Sequence record: LR745206.1
Reading direction: 5' to 3' (one strand)
DNA length: 64,000 nucleotides
The notes beneath the pieces are model-generated. The model was not told the DNA's origin. It searched no databases and was given only the letters and a program-made list of their open reading frames with translations. The position numbers and the translations under genes were made by a program. Shown here one piece after another: positions 47,975 through 58,829 of the stretch; the stretch's first letter is position 1; every line of letters starts with the position of its first letter.

Positions 47975-49792
47975 ATGGCTATATTAGGCGGATCACCACT
48001 AGGTCTTATCGGAGTTAGAAGTACACCAAGTAGGGATGGTATGTCAACTTTTAATGGTGGTAAATCACGTAATGTTAATATAAATAGATATAATTCTGGT
48101 AAACCTAATGAAGGTGATGCTAAAGGTGGTATGGTATCACTTTTCACTGGTGGTAGTCGGGTTAAGGCTTGGCCTAACATAGGAAGTATTGGTACTGATA
48201 AAGATTCAACAGGATTAAAAGATGATTATAAAGGAACTACCAGATCAACCTTACATAATAATGATATTTATGATACTAGTGTTTTGAATGTTATTGAAAA
48301 GTTAGCAGGTACATCTGCTGCTTTAAGACCTTCTGATTTCGCTTACTTAAAGGACTTGGGAGTTTTCCCAAATAATAGATTGTTGATTGCTAGAAGATTC
48401 TCCGGTCCTAGACCTGATAATATTTTTAGAAAAAGTACATTACCATTAGCTGTTATGATGTCTTGGAAACCAGAAGGTGAAGATTTTTTTACTATAAGTT
48501 TTGGTGAGCATTGGGAAGATTCAAAAGCAGATTTTACTAGTATATTAACTAGTATGGGTGAAGACTTTATGGGTAAAAATGTTGGTGGTGCTGTTGGTGG
48601 TGCTCTTGGTACCATACCTCTACCTGGATTCACCGAACAGCTACAAAGAAGTGTTTTAACAAAACTAGGTGTCCTTAAAGAAGGATCTGATGCTGATATA
48701 CTACCAGCTGGAAATCCAAATTTAATAAAAATAGCTAAGAAGAGAAAAACTATACCTTATGGTGAAGCTGGTAGTGGATTAAAATGTGATTTTAGTGTTT
48801 CTATGATTTGTGTATATGAGCAAAAATTTATATCAGGTATTGATCCGACAATAGTTTGGCAAGATTTATTAAGTACTATTTTGAAATTTGGTACTTCTGT
48901 TAGTTCTGATTATGGTCTTAGTGATTCATTTGGAGCGAAGATAAATTCTTGGGCTAGAAACCCAAGACAAATGGTTAAGGATTTTGCAGTGGCTCTAAAA
49001 GAAGGGTTGAGTAGTGCTAAAAAAGCATTATTGGACCTATTAGACGCTGATTATCAGAAAAAAATAGATGAAGCTGCTAGTGATTCTGGTGAGGAAGACG
49101 AAAGAACACAATCCCAGAAATTAGAGGATGAGAGAAATGTTGAAAGGGGTAATTTAGAATCTCTTATAGATGGTATAGTTGGTGCTAGTATTGAGACTAT
49201 ATCCGCCACTGTTCGTAAGTATGAACAAGAAATAAGAGGGGTTGTCGGTGCATTAACAGGTGCTCCTACCACACCATGGCACATAACAATTGGAAACCCA
49301 TTGAGGCCTATATTTTGTGCTGGTGATATGTTGGTTGAGGATGTTAAGTTAACAACTGGTCCTGATTTAGCATTTAATGATCTACCAATGAGAGTGACAG
49401 TTGAATTTACGATGAAAAATGCTAGACCTTGGGGTTTACAAGAAATAGCTTCTAAATTTAATACTGGTAATATAAGAGTTGTTAATACTATAAGAGATTT
49501 TGCATCATTAACACCAGAACAAACACTATTTGGTGATCCACTTGAATATGTTGGTGAGACACCAACTGAGATTCAGAGTAATGGTAATTCTGGTGTTAGT
49601 AATAACGTTGCTGGTAATAATAACTTTAATAGTGGTGTGACATCAGAAAATGCTCAAACCGAAGTTATAAATCCGGATGCTGGTTCTGGATCAACCCCAG
49701 ATCCTACAATAAAAGAAGGTACTAATACAATAACACCAGCTCAACAACAAGCAATAAATCAAAATAATGCTCTAAATAATAATACACCATAA
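47975..49792 (+). CDS. baseplate/tail-tube initiator-like structural protein (gp48/gp54-like)
   Basis: PWHITIGNPLRPIFCAGDMLVEDVKL...DLPMRVTVEFTMK tube-like fold; precedes gp53-like gene; TAATATATA at 47948-47956. Confidence 0.55.
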   Translation: MAILGGSPLGLIGVRSTPSRDGMSTFNGGKSRNVNINRYNSGKPNEGDAKGGMVSLFTGGSRVKAWPNIGSIGTDKDSTGLKDDYKGTTRSTLHNNDIYDTSVLNVIEKLAGTSAALRPSDFAYLKDLGVFPNNRLLIARRFSGPRPDNIFRKSTLPLAVMMSWKPEGEDFFTISFGEHWEDSKADFTSILTSMGEDFMGKNVGGAVGGALGTIPLPGFTEQLQRSVLTKLGVLKEGSDADILPAGNPNLIKIAKKRKTIPYGEAGSGLKCDFSVSMICVYEQKFISGIDPTIVWQDLLSTILKFGTSVSSDYGLSDSFGAKINSWARNPRQMVKDFAVALKEGLSSAKKALLDLLDADYQKKIDEAASDSGEEDERTQSQKLEDERNVERGNLESLIDGIVGASIETISATVRKYEQEIRGVVGALTGAPTTPWHITIGNPLRPIFCAGDMLVEDVKLTTGPDLAFNDLPMRVTVEFTMKNARPWGLQEIASKFNTGNIRVVNTIRDFASLTPEQTLFGDPLEYVGETPTEIQSNGNSGVSNNVAGNNNFNSGVTSENAQTEVINPDAGSGSTPDPTIKEGTNTITPAQQQAINQNNALNNNTP

Positions 49793-50298
49793 TGGATATA
49801 AAGTCATTGAATGAATATTTAAAATTTGATAATAATAATGGTCTTTTTGACCTATTTACTTCCACATTTGTTTATAAAAGGAATATACAATTATCTGAGT
49901 ATATAGTGGAAAGGGATAATGAGATGAGACTTGATTTAATATTTCAAAGAATATATAATTTAGAAAGTAATGAAGTGGGTTTATATTTAGGTGAGCTTGA
50001 TGTTTTATTATTTATAAATGGTATAAGCAATCCACTAAATATAAGAGAGGGTATGGTTATAAAATATCCTACTGAAATGGGTGATATACAAGAATTTAGA
50101 GTTGTTAATACGGATGATGATATTAATAACAAAGGTAAGATTAAAGAGAGACTTTCATTCCCTAATAAATCAACAAGAAAAGATAAATCAAGAGAGACCT
50201 TTGTAAAAGATGGATTTTCTTTACCACCGGTTGTTTTAGAAACACCGAGATCTCCAGTTAGTATAAAGAATGGTAAATTCTCTATTGGTGGACTTTGA
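49792..50298 (+). CDS. baseplate wedge protein, gp53/LysM-like
   Basis: YIVERDNEMRLDLIFQRIY...LLFINGISNPLNIREGMVIKYP. Confidence 0.7.
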   Translation: MDIKSLNEYLKFDNNNGLFDLFTSTFVYKRNIQLSEYIVERDNEMRLDLIFQRIYNLESNEVGLYLGELDVLLFINGISNPLNIREGMVIKYPTEMGDIQEFRVVNTDDDINNKGKIKERLSFPNKSTRKDKSRETFVKDGFSLPPVVLETPRSPVSIKNGKFSIGGL

Positions 50299-50317
50299 TA
50301 ATTTTTATAAATAGTCT

Positions 50318-51931
50318 ATGGAAGAAATTAAATCCGTAAGAGTTAGGACTAGTGAATCTAATGATATAAAGGTAACAATATATAAATCCGGTAACAAGAG
50401 AAAGGTTAGTGGGTATAGTTCTGTTAATACGTTAGGTGATAGTGAATATGGTGGTAGTAGATATAGAGATTTGAGTGATGATGAAATCATACAAGACTTT
50501 TTATCTGTTGTATCTAAGAGAGAGAATAAATCATTAGATTTTTATAAAATAGTCCAAAATCCTTGGATGGAAAACCCACCAATGTGGAGAAGTTATGGTA
50601 CTGATCCTTACTATCTAAATAATGGAACAAAGGTTTTTATAAATTGGTTAAATGATGATGATATCAATGCTGGTGGTAAAGAATGGAGTGATGAAAGTGG
50701 TAATGAATTGGATATTAAAAGAGGATTGACATCAAGTACTAAAGGTTTGATTACAAAAACAGTTACTATAAGACCTCCTTCTGGTTCCGGTGATAATGCT
50801 TTAATTGTTAAAGATTCTAATATTAGTGATCTATTCGAAACTGGTCAAAAATTCATAGGTAATACCGTAGATTTAAGTATAATAACACAAGTTATATCAT
50901 ATTGGAAGAATAAAGTTCCTAATTATGAACTTAGTCTATGTAGTCCAAATAATGAATTTTGTAATACCATACCTTATAAAAGTCCTGTTAAGGAAAATTC
51001 ACCAGATGATCCAGAACCTATACCAACGGAAGAATCCACACAAAATGAAAAAAAGATTAAGTTGAATGTTGTTTTACCAACAGAATTATCACTTAGGGTT
51101 AAGGATGACTTGAATGGTTTGAAGGTTTATGTTGGTGATATACCACCTCTTGTTGTTGATGGGTTTGTATTTCAGGATGATTTTAAAAACTTAGACGAAT
51201 TAGATCCAGAGTTCACTGAAAGTGGGTTTGTTGGTGAAGAAGAAACAAATGCGGTTGCTGATGAACCAGATCCACAACAGTTAGAAGAAGAACAGGAAGT
51301 AGGTACACCAACAAGTCCTGTTAGTGGGGCTCCTTTGTCCAATTCTAAATTATTGATATCATCAAAGAGTGGTAGATATTATGTCTTATCAACTAATAAT
51401 GGTGTTGCTGGTCATCGACTTAAAAATGTAATAACCGATTTAGAAAATTATCTAAATAGTAATGGGTTTTCTGGTACTAAATTGGCTAGTAATGGTATAA
51501 TGAGAGATTTAGAATCATCTGCTGTTCCTAGTAACCCAGCCAGAGCCAAGGGTTCATTACATGGAGCTGGATTAGCGATAGATTTAAAATTTACAATACC
51601 AGGTAAGAGTTGGAGTGGTATAGGTGATAATGGTAATTTGTCTAAAGATAGTAAGTTAAATAAAGCTATTTATAATTGGGTAAAATCACAAGGTGATATA
51701 ACTTGGGGTGGTCAATGGGGTAAATCAAAACCAGAAAGTGGTATGGTGCAAGGTTGGGGTATAACTGAATATCACCATTTTGAAATAAAATCATCAAAAA
51801 TAGTCGAATATTGGAAACCATTTAGTGATGAATTATCATCAATTGGATTTGATTATAAAAAGTTAAACACAACAACAAATTTACAAAGTTTATATTTGAA
51901 ATTGTTAGGAAAGGGTGGAGGTTTAGCTTAA
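50318..51931 (+). CDS. baseplate-region protein with C-terminal M15-family Zn peptidase
   Basis: SLHGAGLAIDL (H, D) ...WGGQW...EYHHFE (H); acidic FVFQDDF..LDELDPEF linker. Confidence 0.75.
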   Translation: MEEIKSVRVRTSESNDIKVTIYKSGNKRKVSGYSSVNTLGDSEYGGSRYRDLSDDEIIQDFLSVVSKRENKSLDFYKIVQNPWMENPPMWRSYGTDPYYLNNGTKVFINWLNDDDINAGGKEWSDESGNELDIKRGLTSSTKGLITKTVTIRPPSGSGDNALIVKDSNISDLFETGQKFIGNTVDLSIITQVISYWKNKVPNYELSLCSPNNEFCNTIPYKSPVKENSPDDPEPIPTEESTQNEKKIKLNVVLPTELSLRVKDDLNGLKVYVGDIPPLVVDGFVFQDDFKNLDELDPEFTESGFVGEEETNAVADEPDPQQLEEEQEVGTPTSPVSGAPLSNSKLLISSKSGRYYVLSTNNGVAGHRLKNVITDLENYLNSNGFSGTKLASNGIMRDLESSAVPSNPARAKGSLHGAGLAIDLKFTIPGKSWSGIGDNGNLSKDSKLNKAIYNWVKSQGDITWGGQWGKSKPESGMVQGWGITEYHHFEIKSSKIVEYWKPFSDELSSIGFDYKKLNTTTNLQSLYLKLLGKGGGLA

Positions 51932-51935
51932 CTTA

Positions 51936-52193
51936 TTACCAAGTTCTAGTATTATTAAGTGGTGGATTTACTGGTTGTGGTACAGTTGCAGCAACTATCA
52001 ATAGATTATCTAAAGCTTCCTCGTATGTTGATCCAGTTGCAGATATTTTTACCTCTGGCATAGTAGCCACAAATGAAGCAGTTGCGTATGTAGGCATTGA
52101 AGCTGTTATGCCAGGTCCAATCGAAACCTCTTGTTGACCATTAACATGTGCCGGGTTATAAGATATATTTATAAGATATTTAGGATCTGTCAT
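51936..52193 (-). CDS. small protein with HicB-like motif
   Basis: FVATMPEV...ATGSTYEEALDNL; weak. Confidence 0.4.
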   Translation of the reverse strand: MTDPKYLINISYNPAHVNGQQEVSIGPGITASMPTYATASFVATMPEVKISATGSTYEEALDNLLIVAATVPQPVNPPLNNTRTW

Positions 52194-52230
52194 TTTCTTT
52201 AGTAATTTTTATTTATATATTAATTTCAAA

Positions 52231-53757
52231 TTATATAAAATTATCAAAATCGCTTTTTCTAGCAAGTGTATAAGTGAATGTATCTTTTTCTGTGTTATTT
52301 ATTTGACTATCACATAACATTATAAATTGTTTATATTGTGTGACACTTTTAAATACTTGAGAACCCTCAGAGTAGTTATAAACATTTTCAGAAGTTCCTA
52401 TTTCACTAGATCTTATTATGCTTATAGCAAAATTACCTGTTTCGATTGGTGATTTATAATTGTATCTTTCTACACCTTGATTCCTATGAACTGATGAATT
52501 ATTAAATTTCAAACATTTATAGTTTTTATCATCTTTATGGTATCCTATTTTACACTGATCAACATATTGACCAAGTGATAATATTGCTACATTTTCTGGT
52601 AATAACTCAGTTTTTGGTATAAATCCAGGTGTTGTTGTTATTGAATATTCTGTTAAATCCCAGTTACCATTTTTATTTCTAAAAAATACATATAAAACAT
52701 CATCAAATTTATTAGTAACAACACCATTATCCTTTGTCCTAAGTGATACGATATTTAATGTATAAATATCATTATATATTTTATACCCTTTTGATTCCAT
52801 AAATCTCACCAACTTCTCTATTGTTGGATTAGACTCAACTGTTTTTAAATCTTCTTTAACTGGGATGTTATTTTCCTTTTCTGGATTAGGAACATTATCA
52901 GGTTCTCCATTGGTAGCTGGTGCGACATAAGTATCATCATAGTCAGATTTTGGACCATCCTGTGGTTTGAAATCTTCATCAGTTTTTGTTGTCATGTCAT
53001 TATCACCCTTTGTTGAGTTCCAAGCATCTCCAACTTGTGGATCATCCTCTCTATCAGTCATTTTAACAGTGGTTACTTGGTTATTATCAACTATATTAAC
53101 ATGATGTGAAAGAAATACAGGGTCTCTTAATGCTTTATATTTTAATAATACTGATATGAATGCTGGATTAGGAACAACTGGTGCTGATAAATTACCTAAA
53201 AATGGACCTGCTTGATTACCTAATAGATTATCAACGAATTCATCAAACCAGTCCATCCAATGATTACCTAATATTGCTTGTTGAGCCGCAGTCGCGTCTC
53301 CTATATTAACATTCCTATTATTATCTTTAAGATTTAGATCGATTGTGTTTTCTGTTATATTGATGTTGTTGTACTTATGGTCTATTTTAAGACCTTCTTC
53401 CTCATTAACATATATTTGTGTTTTGTGATCAAATATTAATGATTTCATTGATTTGTAATTATCACCATCTAATGTTTCTAACTTCTTTTCTAAGTTTATA
53501 TTATAATGATCTGAGAATATAAACTCTGGTTTATAGGTATCTCCTTGATCAAATACAACAATTAAAACTTTACCTTTTTCTGGAACATTGAATGTGTTTC
53601 CATTTAAATCTTTCCAAGGAGTTGCCCATGGTAGATCTTCTACTGGTATTTCATCAAAAATATCCAATACTCTAACCTTAACTCTTCCGAGTTTTTTAGG
53701 ATCTGTGTTATCCTCAACAACACCTATATAAGTTTTATTAGGTTCTACTTTATTCAT
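52231..53757 (-). CDS. gp5-like baseplate hub/spike protein (OB-fold) with degenerate YkuD-like C-terminal domain
   Basis: YIGVVEDNTDPKKLGRVKVRV...DLPWATP, VPEKGKVLIVVFDQGD; C-terminal LNIVSLR, NKFDD, TTTPG, GQY, FTYTL. Confidence 0.8.
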   Translation of the reverse strand: MNKVEPNKTYIGVVEDNTDPKKLGRVKVRVLDIFDEIPVEDLPWATPWKDLNGNTFNVPEKGKVLIVVFDQGDTYKPEFIFSDHYNINLEKKLETLDGDNYKSMKSLIFDHKTQIYVNEEEGLKIDHKYNNINITENTIDLNLKDNNRNVNIGDATAAQQAILGNHWMDWFDEFVDNLLGNQAGPFLGNLSAPVVPNPAFISVLLKYKALRDPVFLSHHVNIVDNNQVTTVKMTDREDDPQVGDAWNSTKGDNDMTTKTDEDFKPQDGPKSDYDDTYVAPATNGEPDNVPNPEKENNIPVKEDLKTVESNPTIEKLVRFMESKGYKIYNDIYTLNIVSLRTKDNGVVTNKFDDVLYVFFRNKNGNWDLTEYSITTTPGFIPKTELLPENVAILSLGQYVDQCKIGYHKDDKNYKCLKFNNSSVHRNQGVERYNYKSPIETGNFAISIIRSSEIGTSENVYNYSEGSQVFKSVTQYKQFIMLCDSQINNTEKDTFTYTLARKSDFDNFI

Positions 53758-53763
53758 TAGTTA

Positions 53764-55680
53764 TTATCTTCTTTGTCCACCAGAGAATCCACCACTACCT
53801 CTACCTAGTGCTCCACCAAGTGCTCCTCCTAAAAACCCAACTAAATCTCCTCTCAGATCATAGAAAAATCTATTAGCAAAATTACCAACAGTTCCGGGTT
53901 GAGCATCTGTATATATGTTTTTTGGTGGTGATATAGTACCACCTTGTATAGCTATAAATGTTTTATTCAATGTTCTAGCTAATAATTGGGTTCTTGTATT
54001 GATAGCTGTTTGTAATTCCTTTTTAGCGGAAGCTACAGTTCTATTTAATAGTGTCTTAGCGAATATTTTTGCTTTACTTTTGGAAGATTTCTTCTCATCT
54101 TGTAAATTACCACTATCTAATCCAGTAACATAACTACTTTCTAAGTTATCAGATTCACCATCTATTGGTTCGATTATCTCATTTGTTCCTAAGTTATTTA
54201 TACTATTGAAAATAAATGGTTTAGTTACACCATTCTCTCTTAATTTATTATCACCCACGGTGAAGAAGCTAGGAACTGATGTATCTGATACTGATTGTGT
54301 ACCTCTGGCTCCTGGATTACCTATTTTCCAAATAGATCCTGAATCATAACCTACATATTTACCAAATCCATCACCAGTAGGTATAAATCTCTCAAATTTA
54401 ACACTTGAATATTTATAATCGAATGTTATTGTTGTTTTATCATGTACTGATATATTACCCATATCTATATCACCAGGGTGTGATGTTTGATCAAAAAAGA
54501 ACTGACACTCTCTAAGTGAATAGACATGTCTGGAAACATTATCCTTTATTATTTCTAAATTACCATTACTAACAGCCTTTCTAACTCTATTAAAATTTCT
54601 ACATTCTGATACTATTATATCACAATTAAATCTTAGTAGGTTTTCTGGAACCATTCCTTTACCATTTGGTTTAGACCAATATAATAACTTATATAAGTGT
54701 GATAAAGTACCGACACTTAATGAGACATCTTCTAAAAAATCCAATGTTATAACATCTTTTCTATAATCAGCTAAATATTTAAATGTTCCCGGTTTATTAG
54801 TTTCTATTAAATTTTGCAATCCTGTTATTTTTTGAATATAGTAACTCATATAAGCCTTTTTACCAAGTTGGTATATTGATTTTTGGTTTTCAACACTTGC
54901 TGAGTTTGTATTTGTTCTACTCATTGTTGTTTGTTCTGTATCAATACCAATTGTTCCCTTTGTTTTGAAGAATTTAGTGAATTGTTGTTTAAAATCCTCA
55001 TATACTGGTATACGAGCTGCTAATTCATTAACAGATGTATATTGATTAAGAAAGTCTATAACAGATCCATTCAATAGTGGTGATGAAATACCATCTATCA
55101 CGACCTCAAATCCGAATATAACAGGATCGTTTTGTTCAAATGGTGTTGATGTAAATTGACTCAATCTTAAATCAGATTCACCGTTTAATGGATTCTCTAT
55201 TGGATTAAGACCATCAATAGCTTGTAGTCCGTGTTTGAAATAATCAGTTGATGTATCACCAAATATCATATAGTGATCTCTCATGGAGTATGGTGAGTCT
55301 TTCAATTCTGTACTTGACTTTGGTAAATTAATACTTTCATTAAATCTATCTTTGGTATCTATCTCTATTAAACCATTTGGTGTTATTTTTTGACCCATCC
55401 AATCTTCATATTCATAATTACCAACTTTTATCTTACTTGATATAGCTGTAGATCCATCATCTATTATACCTAAACTTGGTTGTATTAGAACAGGAGGTAA
55501 GAACCCAGTAGTTTTTGAGAAATCTGGATTAATTTGTGTTTGTGGCCAAGGATTATTAGCTATCTTTAAGGCATCATCTCTAACTCCGAATAATTTATCT
55601 TTTATATTACCGAATTTTTCCTTTATTGATGAACCACCTGCCTGTCCACCGAATTTATCTTTTAATGATTTAAATGCCAT
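53764..55680 (-). CDS. putative tail/baseplate structural protein
   Basis: Position in baseplate cluster; YYIQKITGL, ITLDFLEDV, VPENLLRFNCDIIVSE; TAATATATA at 55685-55693. Confidence 0.5.
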   Translation of the reverse strand: MAFKSLKDKFGGQAGGSSIKEKFGNIKDKLFGVRDDALKIANNPWPQTQINPDFSKTTGFLPPVLIQPSLGIIDDGSTAISSKIKVGNYEYEDWMGQKITPNGLIEIDTKDRFNESINLPKSSTELKDSPYSMRDHYMIFGDTSTDYFKHGLQAIDGLNPIENPLNGESDLRLSQFTSTPFEQNDPVIFGFEVVIDGISSPLLNGSVIDFLNQYTSVNELAARIPVYEDFKQQFTKFFKTKGTIGIDTEQTTMSRTNTNSASVENQKSIYQLGKKAYMSYYIQKITGLQNLIETNKPGTFKYLADYRKDVITLDFLEDVSLSVGTLSHLYKLLYWSKPNGKGMVPENLLRFNCDIIVSECRNFNRVRKAVSNGNLEIIKDNVSRHVYSLRECQFFFDQTSHPGDIDMGNISVHDKTTITFDYKYSSVKFERFIPTGDGFGKYVGYDSGSIWKIGNPGARGTQSVSDTSVPSFFTVGDNKLRENGVTKPFIFNSINNLGTNEIIEPIDGESDNLESSYVTGLDSGNLQDEKKSSKSKAKIFAKTLLNRTVASAKKELQTAINTRTQLLARTLNKTFIAIQGGTISPPKNIYTDAQPGTVGNFANRFFYDLRGDLVGFLGGALGGALGRGSGGFSGGQRR

Positions 55681-55705
55681 AAACTATATATTAAATTCTT
55701 TAGCT

Positions 55706-57001
55706 CTAAGACAATGTTCCCCCAATATTACCAGATTGTGCCTTAACTGCTGCTATACCTTTTTCGCTAAGTCTCCACAAAGCCACCGTATTTGGATCAA
55801 CATGATTCTGTTGTATAGCATTTTGTTTAAAATCACTCATCCATTTAACACCTGTCCATATTTGAATATGTCCATATTTCTTACCACCTGTATAACCCAT
55901 AACTATAATATCCCCTATTTGCCACTGGTTTGGGTCTTGTATATATGTACCTTTCCAAGATCCATTTTTTTGTGTTATTCTAACTTTATCTTTGTAGTGT
56001 CCAGTTTTACTAAATGAGGCATTTCCACCACCAGTACCAGGACTTTTGAATGAGAACCAATCAGCATTACCACTTATTTTACCTAAATCTTTTATACCGG
56101 TAAGAGCATATAGAACAGCCTGTGTTCCTTGTGGACAAAGACCATGTATTCCTTTTGTATATCCCTTATTTAAATTTTCATATTTAACCCTAGCGTTCTT
56201 ACCGAGAGTTCTAGCTAATTTACCAGCTAATCTTAATAATTCATCAAAACTACTAACTGGTTTTATATCAACAACTTCTCCTGTGTCGGTATCTTGTAGA
56301 TTTTCAGATTGTTCTTGATCATTTATATTATTACTTATCTCATCTTGTAAAACAAACTCCTGTTCATCCAATCCATCAAAATCTGTTTCTAAAAATTCAG
56401 GATCTAGTTCATCAAGACTTTCAAAATCATCTTGGAATATAAATGAATTAGATTCATCTACTAACACCAATTCTCCAATGTTTGATGGTATATCATTTGT
56501 GTTTGAGGATATTGGAATAAATATTCCATCTCTTTCAACATTGAATGTGAATATTGAATCTTTTGGTGTGCTAGCTGTCGCTGTGTTTATTGGTGTACTA
56601 GATGTTCCTGATCCGTTATTTGGTGTACTAGCAGTAGGATTTGATGTTTGTGTTATAGGTTCTTGTGTGATATTTTCCGTTACTACTCTTGTCCCTAAAT
56701 CAACATTATAAATATTACCAATAACATCAACAATATCTTCAACAATCTCATCAACTAAATCACTTATATGTTCAGCAAATCCCTCATCCCCTTCCACGGT
56801 AAATTCACCAAGTGATGCTATTTCTAATGCGGTTTTTCCATTAACCACATACGTACTTGTTGTTGTGAATGGTTTTGGTAATCCTTTAACCGTAGCAACT
56901 GCTGTATATTTCGGTCCAAGTGTTTTGAATATAATTTCTCCTGTGATATTTCTTTCATTATCACTATTTGGATCTTTTACTGATATTTTATAAACTGACA
57001 T
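55706..57001 (-). CDS. baseplate-region protein with C-terminal CHAP/NlpC-P60-like amidase
   Basis: GLCPQGTQAVL (Cys), GNADWF, QIGDIIV, YGHIQIW (His), WMSDFKQ; acidic FIFQDDF..LDELDPEF linker. Confidence 0.72.
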   Translation of the reverse strand: MSVYKISVKDPNSDNERNITGEIIFKTLGPKYTAVATVKGLPKPFTTTSTYVVNGKTALEIASLGEFTVEGDEGFAEHISDLVDEIVEDIVDVIGNIYNVDLGTRVVTENITQEPITQTSNPTASTPNNGSGTSSTPINTATASTPKDSIFTFNVERDGIFIPISSNTNDIPSNIGELVLVDESNSFIFQDDFESLDELDPEFLETDFDGLDEQEFVLQDEISNNINDQEQSENLQDTDTGEVVDIKPVSSFDELLRLAGKLARTLGKNARVKYENLNKGYTKGIHGLCPQGTQAVLYALTGIKDLGKISGNADWFSFKSPGTGGGNASFSKTGHYKDKVRITQKNGSWKGTYIQDPNQWQIGDIIVMGYTGGKKYGHIQIWTGVKWMSDFKQNAIQQNHVDPNTVALWRLSEKGIAAVKAQSGNIGGTLS

Positions 57002-57002
57002 A

Positions 57003-58796
57003 TTATATTTCTTTTAATTGTGCTACTACTTCTTTACCATTTTCTGATAACTTACTAATGATAATACTATATAATTTACCATTTTTATCAGAGACAGTAT
57101 ATGATTCACCTACATTATATACACTGTTTGGTGGTGTATCATTTGTTATTGGATTTTCATTTATCTCAGAATTATTAACATTATTCTCTTTTGATTTAGT
57201 TGGTATATCCAATTCTTCTGATAATTTATTTAATTCTTTTCTAGCAGCTTTAACCTTTTGTGATAAACTACCTCTTTTCCAAACATATCTAATATCAATT
57301 ATTATCCACTCACCACTTATTCTTTCATTTAGAATACTTGGACTACCAGGTGTTCTTTTAAGATTCTGGAAGTTTATTTTAACCTTTTGGTATTTATATA
57401 AATTATAATTAGCTTGTGGTAATTCTAAATCTACTGTTATTCTAACTAGGTTATCTAAATTAACCCTATTTTGTGTTTCTGAATAATGGTAGTTTTTATG
57501 TATGTTCTCCATATCAGCTCTACCTAGATAATTGGTTGAATAATTATTTTCGAATGACTTTTCATCACCAGGAGCACCTTTTAATGATATAACTTCATCT
57601 TTATTTGTCGTTAATGAATCGACTTTGAATATTAAAAATGATTTTGTGTTACTATCATAATACTTAGTTGTTGTATAGTGTCCTTTGTCAAGTGATTGAT
57701 GTGTTGAATTATTATTTACAACATGTGAGCTAAAATAAAAACTTGTGTTATTCTCTGCTGGATCATTAGTTAATACCAATGGTAATATTTTTTCAGATTC
57801 ACTTTTTGCATCACTTATCTGTGACATACCTTGTGAGTTAATACCAACATCACCAGAAATATCTCTATTCCATTCCTTTTCTATATCAACATAATTAAAG
57901 CACCAATAATGATCAATATAACCTAACATAAATGATGAATCTGAGATATAAGAATGTCCTATTATACTAGATACAAAATCTTTAAATTCCATCCCAGTGT
58001 TTGTCCATTTCATACTATCAGTCGTATTTGTTATATTTGAATTAAATCCTATTTTTAATTCCTTTGATATTGTTTTCAATACTTCAAATGATGTTCCTGT
58101 GTATGATTTATACACAATATTATAAAAGTCTGATAAATCAATGGTTCCTATTATTGTATAAGTCTTATTTTTATTTTCTTGGAAATTTTTTAATTTAAAT
58201 CTCAAATGAATAGATTTTAAATTTTCTGATCCTGAACTTAGAAATATTTCAAATCTAGTATCATCCAAAGGAGCTCCTTCTTTCCTCATCACATCTAATG
58301 TATCAACAAAAGTTATACTAACCATAGGAACAATACCTTCATGAAACAACTCTAGAGATCTAATATCTCTTTCTGGTATTTGAACAGTATTATACCAAAA
58401 GAATGGTGTAAATCCTAATCCAAATCCTATTTCTTTATTATCTTGTTTACTTGTTGTTATATCAAACTCAATTGGTGGTAAAGTTATTGATGGTTTGTCT
58501 ATTTGTGCAATTATTGGTCGATCACCCTCGACTGGTTTTTGCTCTTGTCCCCTAGAGTCTTCCTGTGGTATTATATCCTCTTGTGGTGCTACTTTTATTG
58601 AGAATTCTGTTCCTTGTAACTCATCTGATGATGGTGTTACTGATATAACATAATCACCAGGGGTATCAAATTGTAATCCGGAAAAATCAATTTCACCATT
58701 AACAATATCTTTCTCAGTAATACCAATTATTACACCTGGGCCGCTTTTAACAGTTAGTGTAACTTTTGTATTTATAGACTTTGGTTCTGTTGCCAT
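57003..58796 (-). CDS. baseplate hub protein (gp27/gpD-like)
   Basis: Position next to gp5-like gene; LELPQANYNL..QKVKINF...ISGEWIIIDIRYVW C-terminal hub pattern. Confidence 0.55.
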   Translation of the reverse strand: MATEPKSINTKVTLTVKSGPGVIIGITEKDIVNGEIDFSGLQFDTPGDYVISVTPSSDELQGTEFSIKVAPQEDIIPQEDSRGQEQKPVEGDRPIIAQIDKPSITLPPIEFDITTSKQDNKEIGFGLGFTPFFWYNTVQIPERDIRSLELFHEGIVPMVSITFVDTLDVMRKEGAPLDDTRFEIFLSSGSENLKSIHLRFKLKNFQENKNKTYTIIGTIDLSDFYNIVYKSYTGTSFEVLKTISKELKIGFNSNITNTTDSMKWTNTGMEFKDFVSSIIGHSYISDSSFMLGYIDHYWCFNYVDIEKEWNRDISGDVGINSQGMSQISDAKSESEKILPLVLTNDPAENNTSFYFSSHVVNNNSTHQSLDKGHYTTTKYYDSNTKSFLIFKVDSLTTNKDEVISLKGAPGDEKSFENNYSTNYLGRADMENIHKNYHYSETQNRVNLDNLVRITVDLELPQANYNLYKYQKVKINFQNLKRTPGSPSILNERISGEWIIIDIRYVWKRGSLSQKVKAARKELNKLSEELDIPTKSKENNVNNSEINENPITNDTPPNSVYNVGESYTVSDKNGKLYSIIISKLSENGKEVVAQLKEI

Positions 58797-58829
58797 AATC
58801 TATATATTTGACATCAGTCCTTCTGTAAA

